Shown here piece after piece: positions 45,376 through 58,455 of a DNA stretch of 64,000 bases (positions within the stretch are counted from its first letter, which is position 1; each line of letters opens with the position of its first letter). Location of the stretch: contig OX597833.1 of assembly GCA_951406725.2 (NCBI GenBank), positions 65,100,001 to 65,164,000 on the forward strand, given 5' to 3'. The position numbers and the translations under genes are program-made. Origin of the DNA: Octopus vulgaris (taxonomy: Eukaryota). The notes under the pieces are model-generated. The model worked only from the letters and a program-made list of their open reading frames with translations, had not been told where the DNA came from and did no database searches.

Positions 45376-45379
<4 letters not shown>
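45082..45379. mobile_element. Palindromic (head-to-head) pair of hammerhead-bearing family H2 units
   Basis: Arms 45146-45262 and 45263-45379 are centred on GGAAGAATGCATTCTTCC. Both arms match 48951-49068, and the pair lies in (TA)n. Confidence 0.8.
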
Positions 45380-45427
<48 letters not shown>

Positions 45428-45430
<3 letters not shown>

Positions 45431-45711
45431 AATAATAAGGTAATTTGATTAATATCAATATTAAAACCAGTGGGCTAGCATATTAAAATGTGAAGGTTAA
45501 GAAACATTATATTACATAATTATAAGAGGAATGATCACTACGTGGCCATCCATTACGCTAGAAGTAGATCTGCTGTGGTCTTACCACTAAGAAAAGAATG
45601 TTCTCAAGACAATTTACGAAACGCAAAACATAAGCGAGCAAAGCAAATGAAAAGAAAGACCATAGCGGATCTACTTCAAGCATAATGGATATCCACGTAG
45701 TGGTCATCCCT

Positions 45712-45717
<6 letters not shown>
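45428..45717. mobile_element. Short element in (TA)n with ~62-bp inverted repeats
   Basis: 45521-45582 is the reverse complement of 45656-45717 with a few mismatches. Confidence 0.6.
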
Positions 45718-45789
<72 letters not shown>

Positions 45790-46603
45790 CCTGAGTAACA
45801 CTTTATAGCTTCATTGGAACATCGAATGTGAAATGCAATATATTTCAGAAAGAATTACATTTGTGCCTGTATAGGGAATGACATCAAGAACGCGAAAGTT
45901 CATACAGACGAATGGACACAATTAAGAAAGGGTTACTTCAGTATTCTACGAACTCATGGATCTTGCGCCTCATGCATCCTGATTCCTCTCAATTCTTGAT
46001 GACGTAATACATCTGAATATATATCCTTGTAATTAAAACAAACAATGAGAATGACCTTAATTATGCGACACGTGAAAAGCCGAAACAACTCTCCAAATAT
46101 CTAAAATGTTGTCCTTAATTCAACAGCAGCTGGTGAGGTGAAAATTTATGCGAAAATTATGATTCTGAGATACGTACGCACATATATATTTAGGTATAAA
46201 TGTGTGTGTGTATGAATCATGTATGCACGTATACATTATATACATAAGCATATAAAAATATATAGGACAGAGAGTATTATTTGATTATTTTTCTGAAGCA
46301 TTTCTAATGTTCTCTACATGTTCTTACGCGTTGTCTATTATATGTACAATTCTACAACTCCTGTTAACAAATGAAACACGTTTAATAATAAATGAATAAA
46401 AATCCAAAGAAATTTTCCGATCGCCTGTTTTGATATTATTACTCTGTAGAAAATATTTCCCAGTATTTTCAACACTTACGCATACTTCACATGAATATAA
46501 CATCTGCATAACGATTTGGATTACTGAAATAAGCAGTTGTACGTCAAGAGTACTTTAACCCTGTCTACATAACATCTATATATATATATATATATGAATA
46601 TAC

Positions 46604-46702
<99 letters not shown>

Positions 46703-46706
46703 AACA

Positions 46707-46743
<37 letters not shown>

Positions 46744-46775
46744 TTTATTTAAAGCAGCAGAAAATTCAACAAAAC

Positions 46776-46813
46776 CTGTTACTCTGAGTTTCCCGTTGCC
46801 GTTCATCGGACAG
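46776..46813 (-). ncRNA. Type I hammerhead ribozyme motif (family H3, variant core)
   Basis: Reads CTGT-CCGATGA-A-CG-GCAA-CG-G-GAA-ACTC-A-GAGT-A-ACAG: stem I CTGT/ACAG, stem III ACTC/GAGT, GUA site. Confidence 0.65.
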
Positions 46814-46822
46814 TTTATGTCA

Positions 46823-46857
<35 letters not shown>

Positions 46858-46861
46858 TATA

Positions 46862-47073
46862 TAACGGGAAGCTTTATGAAAATAAACAAAAGACGAAGGC
46901 AGGTGGAATACAAACAAAACAATTGTATTAGTATGGCGCTCAGGAATATAAATAAAACAAGTCTTTTACGTTTCGAGCCTACGCTCTTCGACAGAAAGAT
47001 ACACAGAAAAGAAACACGGATAGAAACAAGGAGAGAAAAAAATGCGTGCAGAAGCTAGCGAATCAACATGGCG
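46862..47073 (-). mobile_element. Family H1 element with minimal hammerhead (46962-46999)
   Basis: Reads TCTTT-CTGTCGA-A-GAGC-GTAG-GCTC-GAA-ACGT-A-AAAGA, with (TA)n on both sides. Confidence 0.7.
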
Positions 47074-47082
47074 ATATATATA

Positions 47083-47156
<74 letters not shown>

Positions 47157-48567
47157 CATACACATATCGTTGAATGCATAGATATACACAGAGAGAAACA
47201 GAGAGAGGGAGAAAGTGAGAGTGATGTATAGTTAAGAACTGTATTACAGAGTTATATAAAACATTTTCGAGTATAAAGTAAGGTAGAAACACCGAAAAGA
47301 ATCATTTGATTCCCCTATGTAGCTAGTTTCGTTCGATTTTCTTTACTTTTTCAAACTCAGATCGTACTTCTGACATACAGACACACACGTGCATACTCAT
47401 GAATATAAATATGTCTATATATATACATGTGCTTATAAATATATATATATATGTATATACATACATACAGAAACATACATATATATATATATATATATAT
47501 ATCAGTCTATATTATATATAGATATAGATATATATATATATACAGAAACATAACTTTGACGAATTCTTTGCACATGCTTCATATTTTATGCAACCATTAT
47601 TTATCACTCCAGAAATCCCCAGTGCAATTGCAATCTTCCGTTGCAAAGAGAAAAATTTTTTAAATAAGATTCTCAAAAAAAAAAGAATAAATAATAATAA
47701 TAATAAATAGAAGAATAAGAAAAACACAGATCTTATACATTTTACTTGCTTTCATTGTTATCTACGAAGCCGTATCTTTTTTGATTTTCATTTTGTTTCA
47801 AAGAATTTAAAGTATATACTTTATAGCATTTCAAAACTGTATTGAAAATTTTCCAGCGAAATATAAAAAAAAAAGAAGAATAACATGTGGCAAAGAAAAA
47901 AACAAAAAAGATCGAAACACTTGCAAAGAAATGTAATCTTGTCTTTCTATAGTTGGCGATGTCTCTAAAGCCATACTCTAGTTTAAGTGTTGGAAACTTT
48001 GAAATTTTGTTATTTGCTTACACTTCTCATCATAACATGGCGAGAATTTGTGTTGAGGTTCATAGTTAGTTATTGTGTACTAAAATGGAGCGGTTCACAA
48101 TTATATCTTTGAACTAAAATTGCTATTTTCGATTTCGGCTTTGAAGTTGATATCGCTATGTTAAAATTTAGAATAAAAGTTTCCAGAACAAAAGGGAGAA
48201 GAGCTTTTGTGCTGTCGCACAAACTACTGGATTTGTTTGGAGGTTCTGAAATGAAATTTCCTGTTGTTAATGAGTTCTAATCAGTTTAAAGAATGTAGCA
48301 AATACAGTGATAAACTCGGTTTACGAACTTTATTCGTTTCTGAAAAGCGTTCGTTAAGAGGATGCTCTGTGAAGTCAATCAGGGATAAGCACTGAGCGAA
48401 ATTTAGATAGCAAGTGAAGCTCTCCCGCAGACACACATTGATGCTGGCTTGTGTATTCGCTACTCGAGAGACAGTTCGTTACCCGAGATGATTTATGTCC
48501 AAAACTGTGCACGTGAACCGATTTGTTCGGAATGAGAGTGAATTATTTTACTTCTTTCACGGAATTC

Positions 48568-48830
48568 TTTTACTTGCTTCAGTCAGTTCGCTGCGGACAT
48601 GCTGGAACACTGCCTCAAATGATTTTAGTCGAACATTTCGACCCTAGGACTTATTATTTCTAAGCCTAGTACTTATTCTATCGTCACTTCGCCAACCAGC
48701 TAAGTTATGGGGATGTAAACACACCAACAACGATTGTCAAGTGGCGAGGCGGAGGAGAAATAAGAACACAAAGACACACACACATAAATATATATACACA
48801 CACACATACATAAACACATGCACACACACT

Positions 48831-48929
<99 letters not shown>

Positions 48930-49085
48930 TTAGGTGTGTGTGTGTGTATAGCATTTTCCCGATGGTCAGATAACTGAAGAGATGGTGGCGTGGATTTCCA
49001 CCTCGGCATCCGAAACTCGGAGTTTTATCATGGCTACCGAATAATTGTCACATATTACATTTACAGATATATTTATATATATATG

Positions 49086-49131
<46 letters not shown>

Positions 49132-49267
49132 CACCGGCTTCTTCCCGTTTCCATCCACCACTTCCACTCACGAGGCTATAGTCGAAGACACTTGCCCAAG
49201 TCTCCGCGAGGCGGGAGTGAAGCCAGAACCATGTCGTTCAGAAGCGAGCTTCTAACCACAGAGCCAT
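48568..49267 (-). mobile_element. SINE family C split by an H2 insertion in its internal microsatellite
   Basis: Tail at 48568-48780 and head at 49135-49267, in the same orientation. Confidence 0.75.
48969..49029 (+). ncRNA. Type I hammerhead ribozyme motif with intact catalytic core (family H2)
   Basis: Reads GATAA-CTGAAGA-[GATG..GTGGATTTCCAC..CATC]-C-GAA-ACT-CGG-AGT-T-TTATC: stem I GATAA/TTATC, GUU site. Confidence 0.75.
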
Positions 49268-49399
49268 AATCAGAAAATAATCGCTATCATTAACAATAAC
49301 ATTCTCCTGCCTCGAAACCAGATTTTCGAAATTATTTTTCTCTCTTCGTACAAAGAAATCAGATCCTTTTTATAAGAAAAACTGTATGAAGGGCTGTTT

Positions 49400-50030
49400 T
49401 AACAGGGTCCTTCCAATCGAAAGCTTTTATCATTAGTTAAGTGATAAAGTGTTCTGAATAAGTAAGATGTGATGATGCTTTGTTTTGTGAATAGGGATGA
49501 TGAGGTAGTGTTTCCCAGCTGAATGAATTTATCTGGAGTTTTTTAAGGGGATATCTTATCTACATGTGGCCTTGCATTATCATGTAGCATAATGACTCCC
49601 TTTCAGCAGTCTCTAGTTTTTGTTATCATATGTGCAAAACGTGATTGAAACGTTGTTGTAAATAAGGTTTTTCCATCATATTTGTCCCTTGCTCCACTAG
49701 TGGAGGCACATGGCCTAGTGGTTAGAGTAGCGGACTGACAGTCGAGGGATCGCGGGTTAAAATCTCAGACCGGGCGATGTGTGTGTTTATGAGCGAAACA
49801 CCTAAGCTCCACTCGGCTCTGGCAGAAGGTAATGGCGAAACTTCTGCTGACTCTTTCACCACAACTTTCTCTCACTCTTTCCTCCTGCATCTTGCAGCTC
49901 ACCTGCGACAGAGCGGCGTCCCGTCCAGGTGGGGAACCTGTGCGCCAATGAAACCGGGCAACCCGCCCTTATGAGCTAGGCATAGTTCGAGAAGGAAGGA
50001 AATTGTTCCACTAATTCCAAGTCAAGAATA
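49400..50030 (-). pseudogene. Mariner transposase relic interrupted by a SINE
   Basis: The minus strand encodes GVIMLHDNARPHV (49561-49600) and SWETLPHHPYS..YLFRTL. GILDLELVEQ continues beyond the SINE. Confidence 0.8.
49700..50000 (+). mobile_element. tRNA-derived SINE family A with ~11-bp target-site duplication
   Basis: A box TGGCCTAGTGG; TTG(C/T)TCCACTA on both flanks. Confidence 0.88.
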
Positions 50031-50350
50031 CCTAATGTTTTCCACTGCTACTCCGTCGCCTACGACCACGTTTATGTTCCATTTGAAACGATCAACAGAA
50101 CAGACTGCTCATGAAATTAACCTACATGTGGTTGAGTACTCCACAGACACGCGTGCCTTTAAATGTACTTCTTAGGAAGGTTCAGCGTCTTTATCCACCT
50201 CTAGATTTCTATATATTGCTCTCGTATAATTTCCTCCTACATTATAGCCCTATTTGTAGAGCGTGGTGGGCACCTCTGGAATGCCTTGTGCCTATAATAG
50301 AAAGGATTATTTGTTTTGTTTTGGTATTTGTTTCTCTAATTCATCTGTAT

Positions 50351-50528
50351 AGGCGTAGGAGTGGCTGTGTGGTAAGTAGCTTGCTTACCAGTCACAGGGT
50401 TCCGGGTTCAGTCCCACTGCGTGACACCTTGGTTAATTGTCTTCTACTATAGCCTCGGGCCGACCAAAGCCTTGTGAGTGGATTTGGTAGACGGAAACTG
50501 AAAGAAGCCCGGCGTATATACGTATATG

Positions 50529-50590
<62 letters not shown>

Positions 50591-50808
50591 CGTGTTTGTA
50601 TGTCTGTGTTTGTCCTCCCAACTTCGCTTGACAACCGATGCTGTTGTGTTTACGCCCCCATAAATTAGCGGTTCGGCAAAAGAGACCGATAGAATAAGTA
50701 CTAGGCTTACAAAGAATAAGTCCTGGGGTCGATTTGCTCGACTAAAAGGCGGTGCTCCAGCATGGCCGCAGTTCAAATGACTGAAACAAGTGAAAGAAAG
50801 TAAAGAGA
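50351..50808 (+). mobile_element. SINE family C, full length
   Basis: ggcgtaggagtggctgtgtggtaag head, B-box-like gggttcagtccc, internal (TA)/(TG) repeat and conserved tail. Confidence 0.9.
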
Positions 50809-51131
50809 GCATTACACAATAGAGTTTAAACGATTCTGAAGAAATTTTCTTTCCGGAAGTTCCAGTATTTATCATAATTTATTTACATTTCTGAACGACA
50901 TTTTCTTCCACCACCACCACCGTCTCTTTTTCTTATGATGTATGGGACTTCGGCTGACAGTTATTCAAAAACTCTACCGGAACAAACGAAAAAAACAAAA
51001 CATCAAAAACATAAAGGTACCCTTAAACAAACATTTTCACTTTCTTCAATCCATTACCGTCACCATGTGGACCAACAAAACCTAGTTACTATTACTACTA
51101 CTACTACTACTACTAGTAGTAGTAGTAGTAA

Positions 51132-51164
<33 letters not shown>

Positions 51165-51632
51165 ATTTAACGCCAGCGCTTCGTAACTATGGGAGATCAA
51201 TAAGGGGAAGGACAATATTTCGTATTTATAAGAGAGTTCATGGAAGTTCAGATAGCGTTAGGAGTGAAGAATGTAAAGATTCCACCTTTTGGCCTTTGTC
51301 TGTATCAGAGAGTGGGAGAGAAAGAGAGAGAGAGAGGGAAAGAGAGGGACAGAGAGAAGGAAAGAGAAAGGAAGAGAGAGAGAGAGAGAGAGAGAGAGAC
51401 TGAGAAAGAAAGACAGAGCGAGAGAAGTGGCGAGAGAGCTGGTGGGTAGGTGGGTGTTTAGCGTGATGGCGGTATTGGTTCGGTTGTCAGTTTGTAAAAG
51501 ACACAACACCAATTTTTCACTGTTCCTTACTTTCAGGAAAAAGGCCAAGGGGCCACTGACCTGAGACTAAAACAACAACAGCAACAACAACAACAACAAC
51601 AACAACAAAAATAACTGTGAGGTCTGTGTATT

Positions 51633-51663
<31 letters not shown>

Positions 51664-51920
51664 ATGTGTGTGAGAGACCGTGTTTGTTTGCGGGTGTTAT
51701 TTGCTGTTTAGTATATATGTATACGCTTGTATGTTGGTATATATATGTGTATATGTGTGTGTGTGCGCATGCGTGTGCATGCGTGCGTGTATGTGTTTCT
51801 GTGAGTGTACGTACATATATATATACATATATATATATGTATACATAAACATACATACATATATATACATATATATACATATATACATATATATATATAT
51901 GTATACATAAACATACATTC

Positions 51921-51956
<36 letters not shown>

Positions 51957-52589
51957 ATATATATATATATACACATACACCCATATATATACATATTCAC
52001 ATGCTCATATATATGTGTGTGTGTTTGCGTGTCTATGTATGTTCGTGTGTGTATATATGCATGTTTAAAATTCCTCTATGTTCTTCTGTGTCTGCGCTTT
52101 TTTTTTTCTCGTGTAGGTGCGTCTGTGCGTATAGATTACCTATCAATTTGGATAAGTGTGAAGCTCTATCATAAAATGTATTTCAGATTAAAAAAATAAC
52201 AACAACAACAAAAAAAGGGGAAAACAATGAATAGAGAAAAATGTCGATAGTTCGATTTTTGCTGTTAAGAAATTCCAAAAAGAACAAGAAAAGGCAACTT
52301 CTAAAAAGATAATAGATACGGCCATTGAATATTTATAACAGAGACGTCTATAAGATTTAGTCTCCAGTAACTTAGCGCTATTTAGTACACAGCCATGTTT
52401 GCGCATATATTCGTATATGCATACATACAAGACGTTACCTTACATTGAAGGTGCAATGGAAGACTTTATTGCATGTATATAAAAAAAAACAGACAGGTCT
52501 TTTGTAATATATTTCAGTTAAATTTTTTTAATTTTTTTTTTTTGCTTGGTATACACACCATTGTTTTACACTTTTGCTCTTTCGCTCAT

Positions 52590-52780
52590 TTATTTGTTTC
52601 ACTCATTTGACTGCAGCCATGCTGGAGTAACACCTTGACGGGTTTTAGACGAAGAAAAAGACCCCATCCCCCAGGCTTATTTTCTTAAGGCTAGTACTTA
52701 TTTCATTTTGCAGAACCGCTAAGTACAGGTATATGTAAATACACCAGCATCGATTGTGAAGGCCGATGGGTAATCAAACA

Positions 52781-52865
<85 letters not shown>

Positions 52866-53165
52866 ATTTTAATCCAAACGGGAAACAAAAAAACAACAAC
52901 AATGGAACAATTACAGTATTATTATTAATAGGCGCTCAGGAAATGGAAGCAGGGAGGTATGACGTTTCGAGCGGAGCTCTTCGTCGGAAACATAAAGAAG
53001 TATATATATATATACGACGGACTTCTTTCATTTTCCGTTTAACAAATCCTCTCACAAGGCATTGGTCGACCCGAGACTATTGTAGAAGACATTTGCCCAA
53101 GGTTTCTCTTACAGGAATTGTTCTCAGAGTCATGTTGTGGTTGGGAAGCAGACTTCTTGCGACAC
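52590..53165 (-). mobile_element. SINE family C split by an H1-related hammerhead element (52870-53000)
   Basis: Tail at 52590-52790 and head at 53010-53165. The insert's minus strand reads CCGACGA-A-GAGC-TCC-GCTC-GAA-ACGT-C. Confidence 0.7.
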
Positions 53166-53459
53166 GGACATCTTTTACTGGTCCCAGTCATTTATTTGAC
53201 TTTTATTCGAGGAATCGAACCCCAATACTATCTTTTTGAAAATAAGTAGTTGTTGTTCTATTGATCTCTGTGGTGGTACTGATAAGTTGTGCTAGCTATA
53301 ACCAACCCAACAACGGTTATCAAGCGTTGGTGAAATGTTTGTATGTATGTGCTCAACAGTCAATATGACATCATTAACGATTCTCAAGTGTCAGAATTGA
53401 GAACATGGGAACGCTTTTTCAGTCATTTGACTGCGGCCATGCTGGAGCACCGCCTTTAG

Positions 53460-53732
<273 letters not shown>

Positions 53733-54995
53733 TGTGTGTGTGTATGTGTGTGTGTGTCTGTGTGTGTGCGTGTGTTCATGTGTGTTTATATATTCACCCA
53801 CGTGCTTTACCAAACTATATATATATATATATATATACATACATACATATACATATATACATACACATATAATTATAAATCTGTTGTAAAGCGGTTTTTT
53901 GCCACTGTTGTATCTGTCTTTTGATGACGGTTGTTGTTCTGACACGTATTGTTATATTCCGAAGTCGCCGAGAGAATGTTTCTCTCCGGTACTGTACAAC
54001 CTCCAGTCGTAAGTGTTATTATTATTATCAAAAGGTTGGATCATTATAACGTCTACGCAGTATCACATTATGATTACTATATCAGAATGATTACTGTATA
54101 CTACTATTGTTACTACTACTACTAGTACTACTACTACTGCTACTGTTACTACTACTACTGCTACTGTTACTACTACTACTACTACTACTGTCGTTGCTGC
54201 TACTACTACTACTACTACTACTATTACTGGTGCTGCTGCTGCTGCCACTACTACTACTACTACTCCTACTACTTCTACTACGGCAACTACTACTGCTTCG
54301 ATATAAGAAAACCGCATATATTTTCGGAACACAATCCTAGAATTTATTCAGGAAAAAATCGAAGTTATCTCTAAATCTAAGGATTACAGATAATCGTAGA
54401 ATTTGGCCCTAACATTGTGTCATCAATTGATAAACTGGCTGCTATTTCTAGCAAGTCGCTCGATTCGGAAAGAGACTTAACCCTCACCGTCTCGCAGTTT
54501 GATTGATGAATTAAAATAAAAGCAATATACGCTGATCAATCTCTAAAATGTATCGGAAAATCAGCACCTTATTAAACCAGCAGTTTACTACTGATCGATT
54601 ATAAATATTACCAGATGAATTAATTTTAACTTTTATTCTCTTATTCGAAAGTGGATTAAACGAGGAAAGAGGAAAATGTATCCAAATTAAACACATGTTA
54701 ATTGAAGTGGATTTCAAGTCTTAATGATATAATTCGGATAAATAACAGCGGCACCGTCTGGTGATGGAGCGGAATCCCACAGATTCAATTAGTACGTTAA
54801 CCGTGCAAGCTTTCAACGAGCGTATAATACAACATTAGCAATCATACTGACACTTAATTTACTTCTATTGGCAAATTGCCTCTTATCTAACTAATGCGTA
54901 TTTCCAATAGAACGTATTAACTTCAGCTGTGAAATTAGGCTGGCTCCACCTTCTCGTCGTCCACTTATTTGCATATCTATCTGTCTATCTATCTA

Positions 54996-55073
<78 letters not shown>

Positions 55074-55083
55074 GTGATCATCT

Positions 55084-55133
<50 letters not shown>

Positions 55134-55157
55134 CATATATATAACTCTTAGAAGACG

Positions 55158-55232
<75 letters not shown>

Positions 55233-55408
55233 ATTATATATACTATATATATATATATGCATATATACACACACAAACCTACATATTGAATATCTCCTAA
55301 TTAAATTTTAGCGCGATAAAGCAGTGAGTCCGTTGAAAAATAGATAAATCTATTCAGATACATTCATATACAGATATAGCTATCTATGTATCTATCTATA
55401 TTTCTATC

Positions 55409-55537
<129 letters not shown>

Positions 55538-56004
55538 GCATATATTTATGTATATGTAAATATATATATATGCTTAGACAGAGTGAGATTGAAAGAGACA
55601 GACAGACAGACAGAAAACTAGATGTGTGCATGTCTGTCTTTTGGCGTATGTGTCTGTTCGCGTGCGTCTACGTGAATGTGTAAATATACCTCTGTGTTTG
55701 TGTCTGTCTGTGTGTGTATGTGGGCCCGTGCTTGTGCGTGTGCCTGCGCGCGTCTGTGTGTGTATATATGTGCATGTGTTTGGCCGTTTGAAATATTCAA
55801 TGAAGTACATGTATAATTTTAATTATTACTGGCTGCAAGACAGCGAGCGATATTATATGTGCCCCTCGACGTGCTAGACATAGCAGTTATGTACTTAGAG
55901 CTTGTACTTAGACGAAATCACAAACAAGCCTGTGGTGTGTATGTGTTTATATGTGTATGTGTGTATATGTGTATGTATGCGCAGGGACAGAAATAATCGG
56001 ACTG

Positions 56005-56310
56005 AATACCCGATCGCGCGGTTAAACCATTGGGAGTGAAGGACTCCTATAGCCTTTGTTAGGGCATCCTTCTAGGAGAAGGTAACTCAGGTAACTGGGA
56101 TAACTCCGACATAAAACCTGCGGCTCAGTGGTTACCAATGATGTTGACTTGTGCTTCTTTTCGGATTACGGCTGCTGTTGCTTAGTGAGTGGGATTGACT
56201 CAGTGCACAGCCTTTCCTCACTTTCAAAAAGAATCTTCTTGCACAGGCATTGCACGATAACAACATTGATTAAGCTTCGTGCAATGGCCATACTCGATAA
56301 CAAGGGGGCA
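56005..56310 (+). mobile_element. Possible RTE LINE 5' UTR fragment
   Basis: ggcatccttctaggagaaggtaactc resembles a motif I recall from RTE 5' regions; there is no coding support. Confidence 0.35.
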
Positions 56311-56902
56311 GCCACCATATGTGTATGTGTCTGTATGTATGTGTCTGTGTGTGTTTGGGTCTTTGTGTCTCTGGTCCCCTACCTCTGTTTGACATCAGCT
56401 GTTGGTGTGGTTACCTCTCCGTAACTTAGCAGCGTGGCAAAAGAGACCAACAGGGCAATCACAAGGCTTAAATAAATATATTCTGATATCAATTCAGTCG
56501 ATAAAAAATCTTCAAGGTGGTGCCCCAGCATGGCCACAGTCTAATGATTGAAACAATTAAAAGATGAAATATTCTCTAAACACGTATTTCACATTAAATA
56601 TTTCGATTATATCCACATAATATGACTGAGTTTTTGTTGTTCTTTATAAATTCAATTCCATATTTTCATTAAATTGATATCAATTCTTATTAGAAACGAA
56701 AATACTTGTTTTTAAATCAAGAAATTTACTTTTAATTATAATTTTTGATTTATGTTTTACACATTTACATGTTTAGATCAATAAGATACTATTTAACGAT
56801 TCTATTTTTAAAAAACGATGCTGATATCAGGAGATTTACTATCATACTTATATTCAGACAATATTTTCTGTCCGTATTATACGATTTAGCATTTTATAAA
56901 GT

Positions 56903-57155
56903 GTGGAGGCACGTGGCTTAGTGGTTAGGGTGTCAGCATCATGATCGTAAGATTGTGGTTTCAGTTCCTGGACCGGGCGACGCGTTGTGTTCTTGAACAA
57001 AATACTTCATTTCACGTTGCTCCAGTCCACTCAGCTGGCAAAAATGAGTAACGCTGCGATGGACTGGCGTCACGTCCAGCTGGGGAACACACACGCAATA
57101 GAAACCGGGAAACTGGGCCCATGAGCCTGGCTAGGCTTTAAAAAAGGGCGCATTT
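56903..57155 (+). mobile_element. tRNA-derived SINE sharing the family A 3' part (Meta/V-domain-like gcgatggactggcgtc..gtccag)
   Basis: A box TGGCTTAGTGG; the 3' part gtccagctggggaac..gaaaccgggaaac..atgagcc matches family A. Confidence 0.8.
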
Positions 57156-57194
57156 ATTTATTTTTTAAATTTTATATAGTAGTTATAATCGTAG

Positions 57195-58455
57195 TATTTA
57201 TCACAAGGTGCAAAAGCTCGAAAGTGACGCGAAAGTGCTACGAAGCATTTTAGCGATATTACATTATTCAATCCTCACAGAAACAAGAAATGCTTATTCG
57301 AACATGGAGTACAGTTACCCAGAGCCAGCAGAAACTTGGTTACTGATCATGCTTCAAGAATCTCACGGAAAACTCTTGCAGTTTCCAGCAATGATGATTT
57401 TTGTATGTGTTCCATCTTTGCATTTGTACTAATCTTTTGGGGGCCATTTCGGTAGTTGAGGACTGATACTTCAAAATGCGTTTACCACTATTGGTATCAC
57501 GTCCACCTTTCTCATTGCCCATGATCTGCATCCTCGCGGCTTCAGTTCATCATAGCTGTTCGCTTTTTCTTTTGCTTTTCCTTCAATTCTGATGACAAAG
57601 GGACAAGTCATGTCAATTATCAGACATGTTTCTGGTTGTGTGTGTTTATTTTTTCATTTCAGTTCCCCCAGAACAATGTCACGTTTCCGATGTTTAATCA
57701 AATGGTTACATTGAATCAAAGGTGGTGAGCTGGCAGAAATGTTAGCATGCCAGGCGAAATGGTTAGCGGTATTTCGTCTGTCTTTACGTTCTGAGTTCAA
57801 ATTCCGCCGAGGTCGACTTTGCCTTTCATCCTTTCGGGGTCGATAAATTAAGTACCAGTTACTCACTGGGGTCAATGTAATTGACTTAATACCTATGTCT
57901 GTCCTTGTTTGTCCCCTCTATGTTTAGCCCCTTGTGGGTAATAAAGAAATAGGTTACATTGAATCATTGCATCCCACAGGATTTTGCAATCCTCATTCTG
58001 TGATTAAATCATACTCCTTCAATCATTCTACGCCATAATTTCCTCAGAGCTTCCAATGCATTATTCTTGCCACATTGTCATACCATCTTCTGTGTTCGCG
58101 TTATACCAATTTCGGATATACACTATGAATGTACCACATTTTTCACCTCTCTCAACCACACTTTCTGCAGTTGTCACTCTCGCTTGTTTTATCACTTCTT
58201 CACTTCAAATTGTTCGCATCCAATGATTCTTCTTCTGTCACGCATATAAGTAATTCAAGTCACGGCTCTGGATCTATAACCACCGGTCTGCTGTATCTCT
58301 CGTTGTGCTCGTATATCTTCTAAATTGACCGCATATGATTTTCTTTCCACGTCATTTCCTCTTTCATGTTACTTTCGTTTTTATTTTCCAATTTTTCAAC
58401 ACAATTATCAGCTTTGATGACACCTGTCTCCTTCACGTGCATCTACAACCGTTCT
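57195..58455 (-). pseudogene. Decayed R4/Dong retrotransposon C-terminal region (CCHC finger and restriction-like endonuclease)
   Basis: Minus-strand fragments: ESDNCRKCG, RRWYDNVARIMHWKL, KILWDAMIQCNHLIKHRKRDIV, LIIDMTCP, KVDVIPIVV and HIQKSSLLETARVFREILEA*. Confidence 0.88.
57719..57951 (+). mobile_element. Young full-length SINE family N with 15-bp target-site duplication
   Basis: GGTTACATTGAATCA occurs at 57704-57718 and 57952-57966; the insertion splits the Dong relic. Confidence 0.95.
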
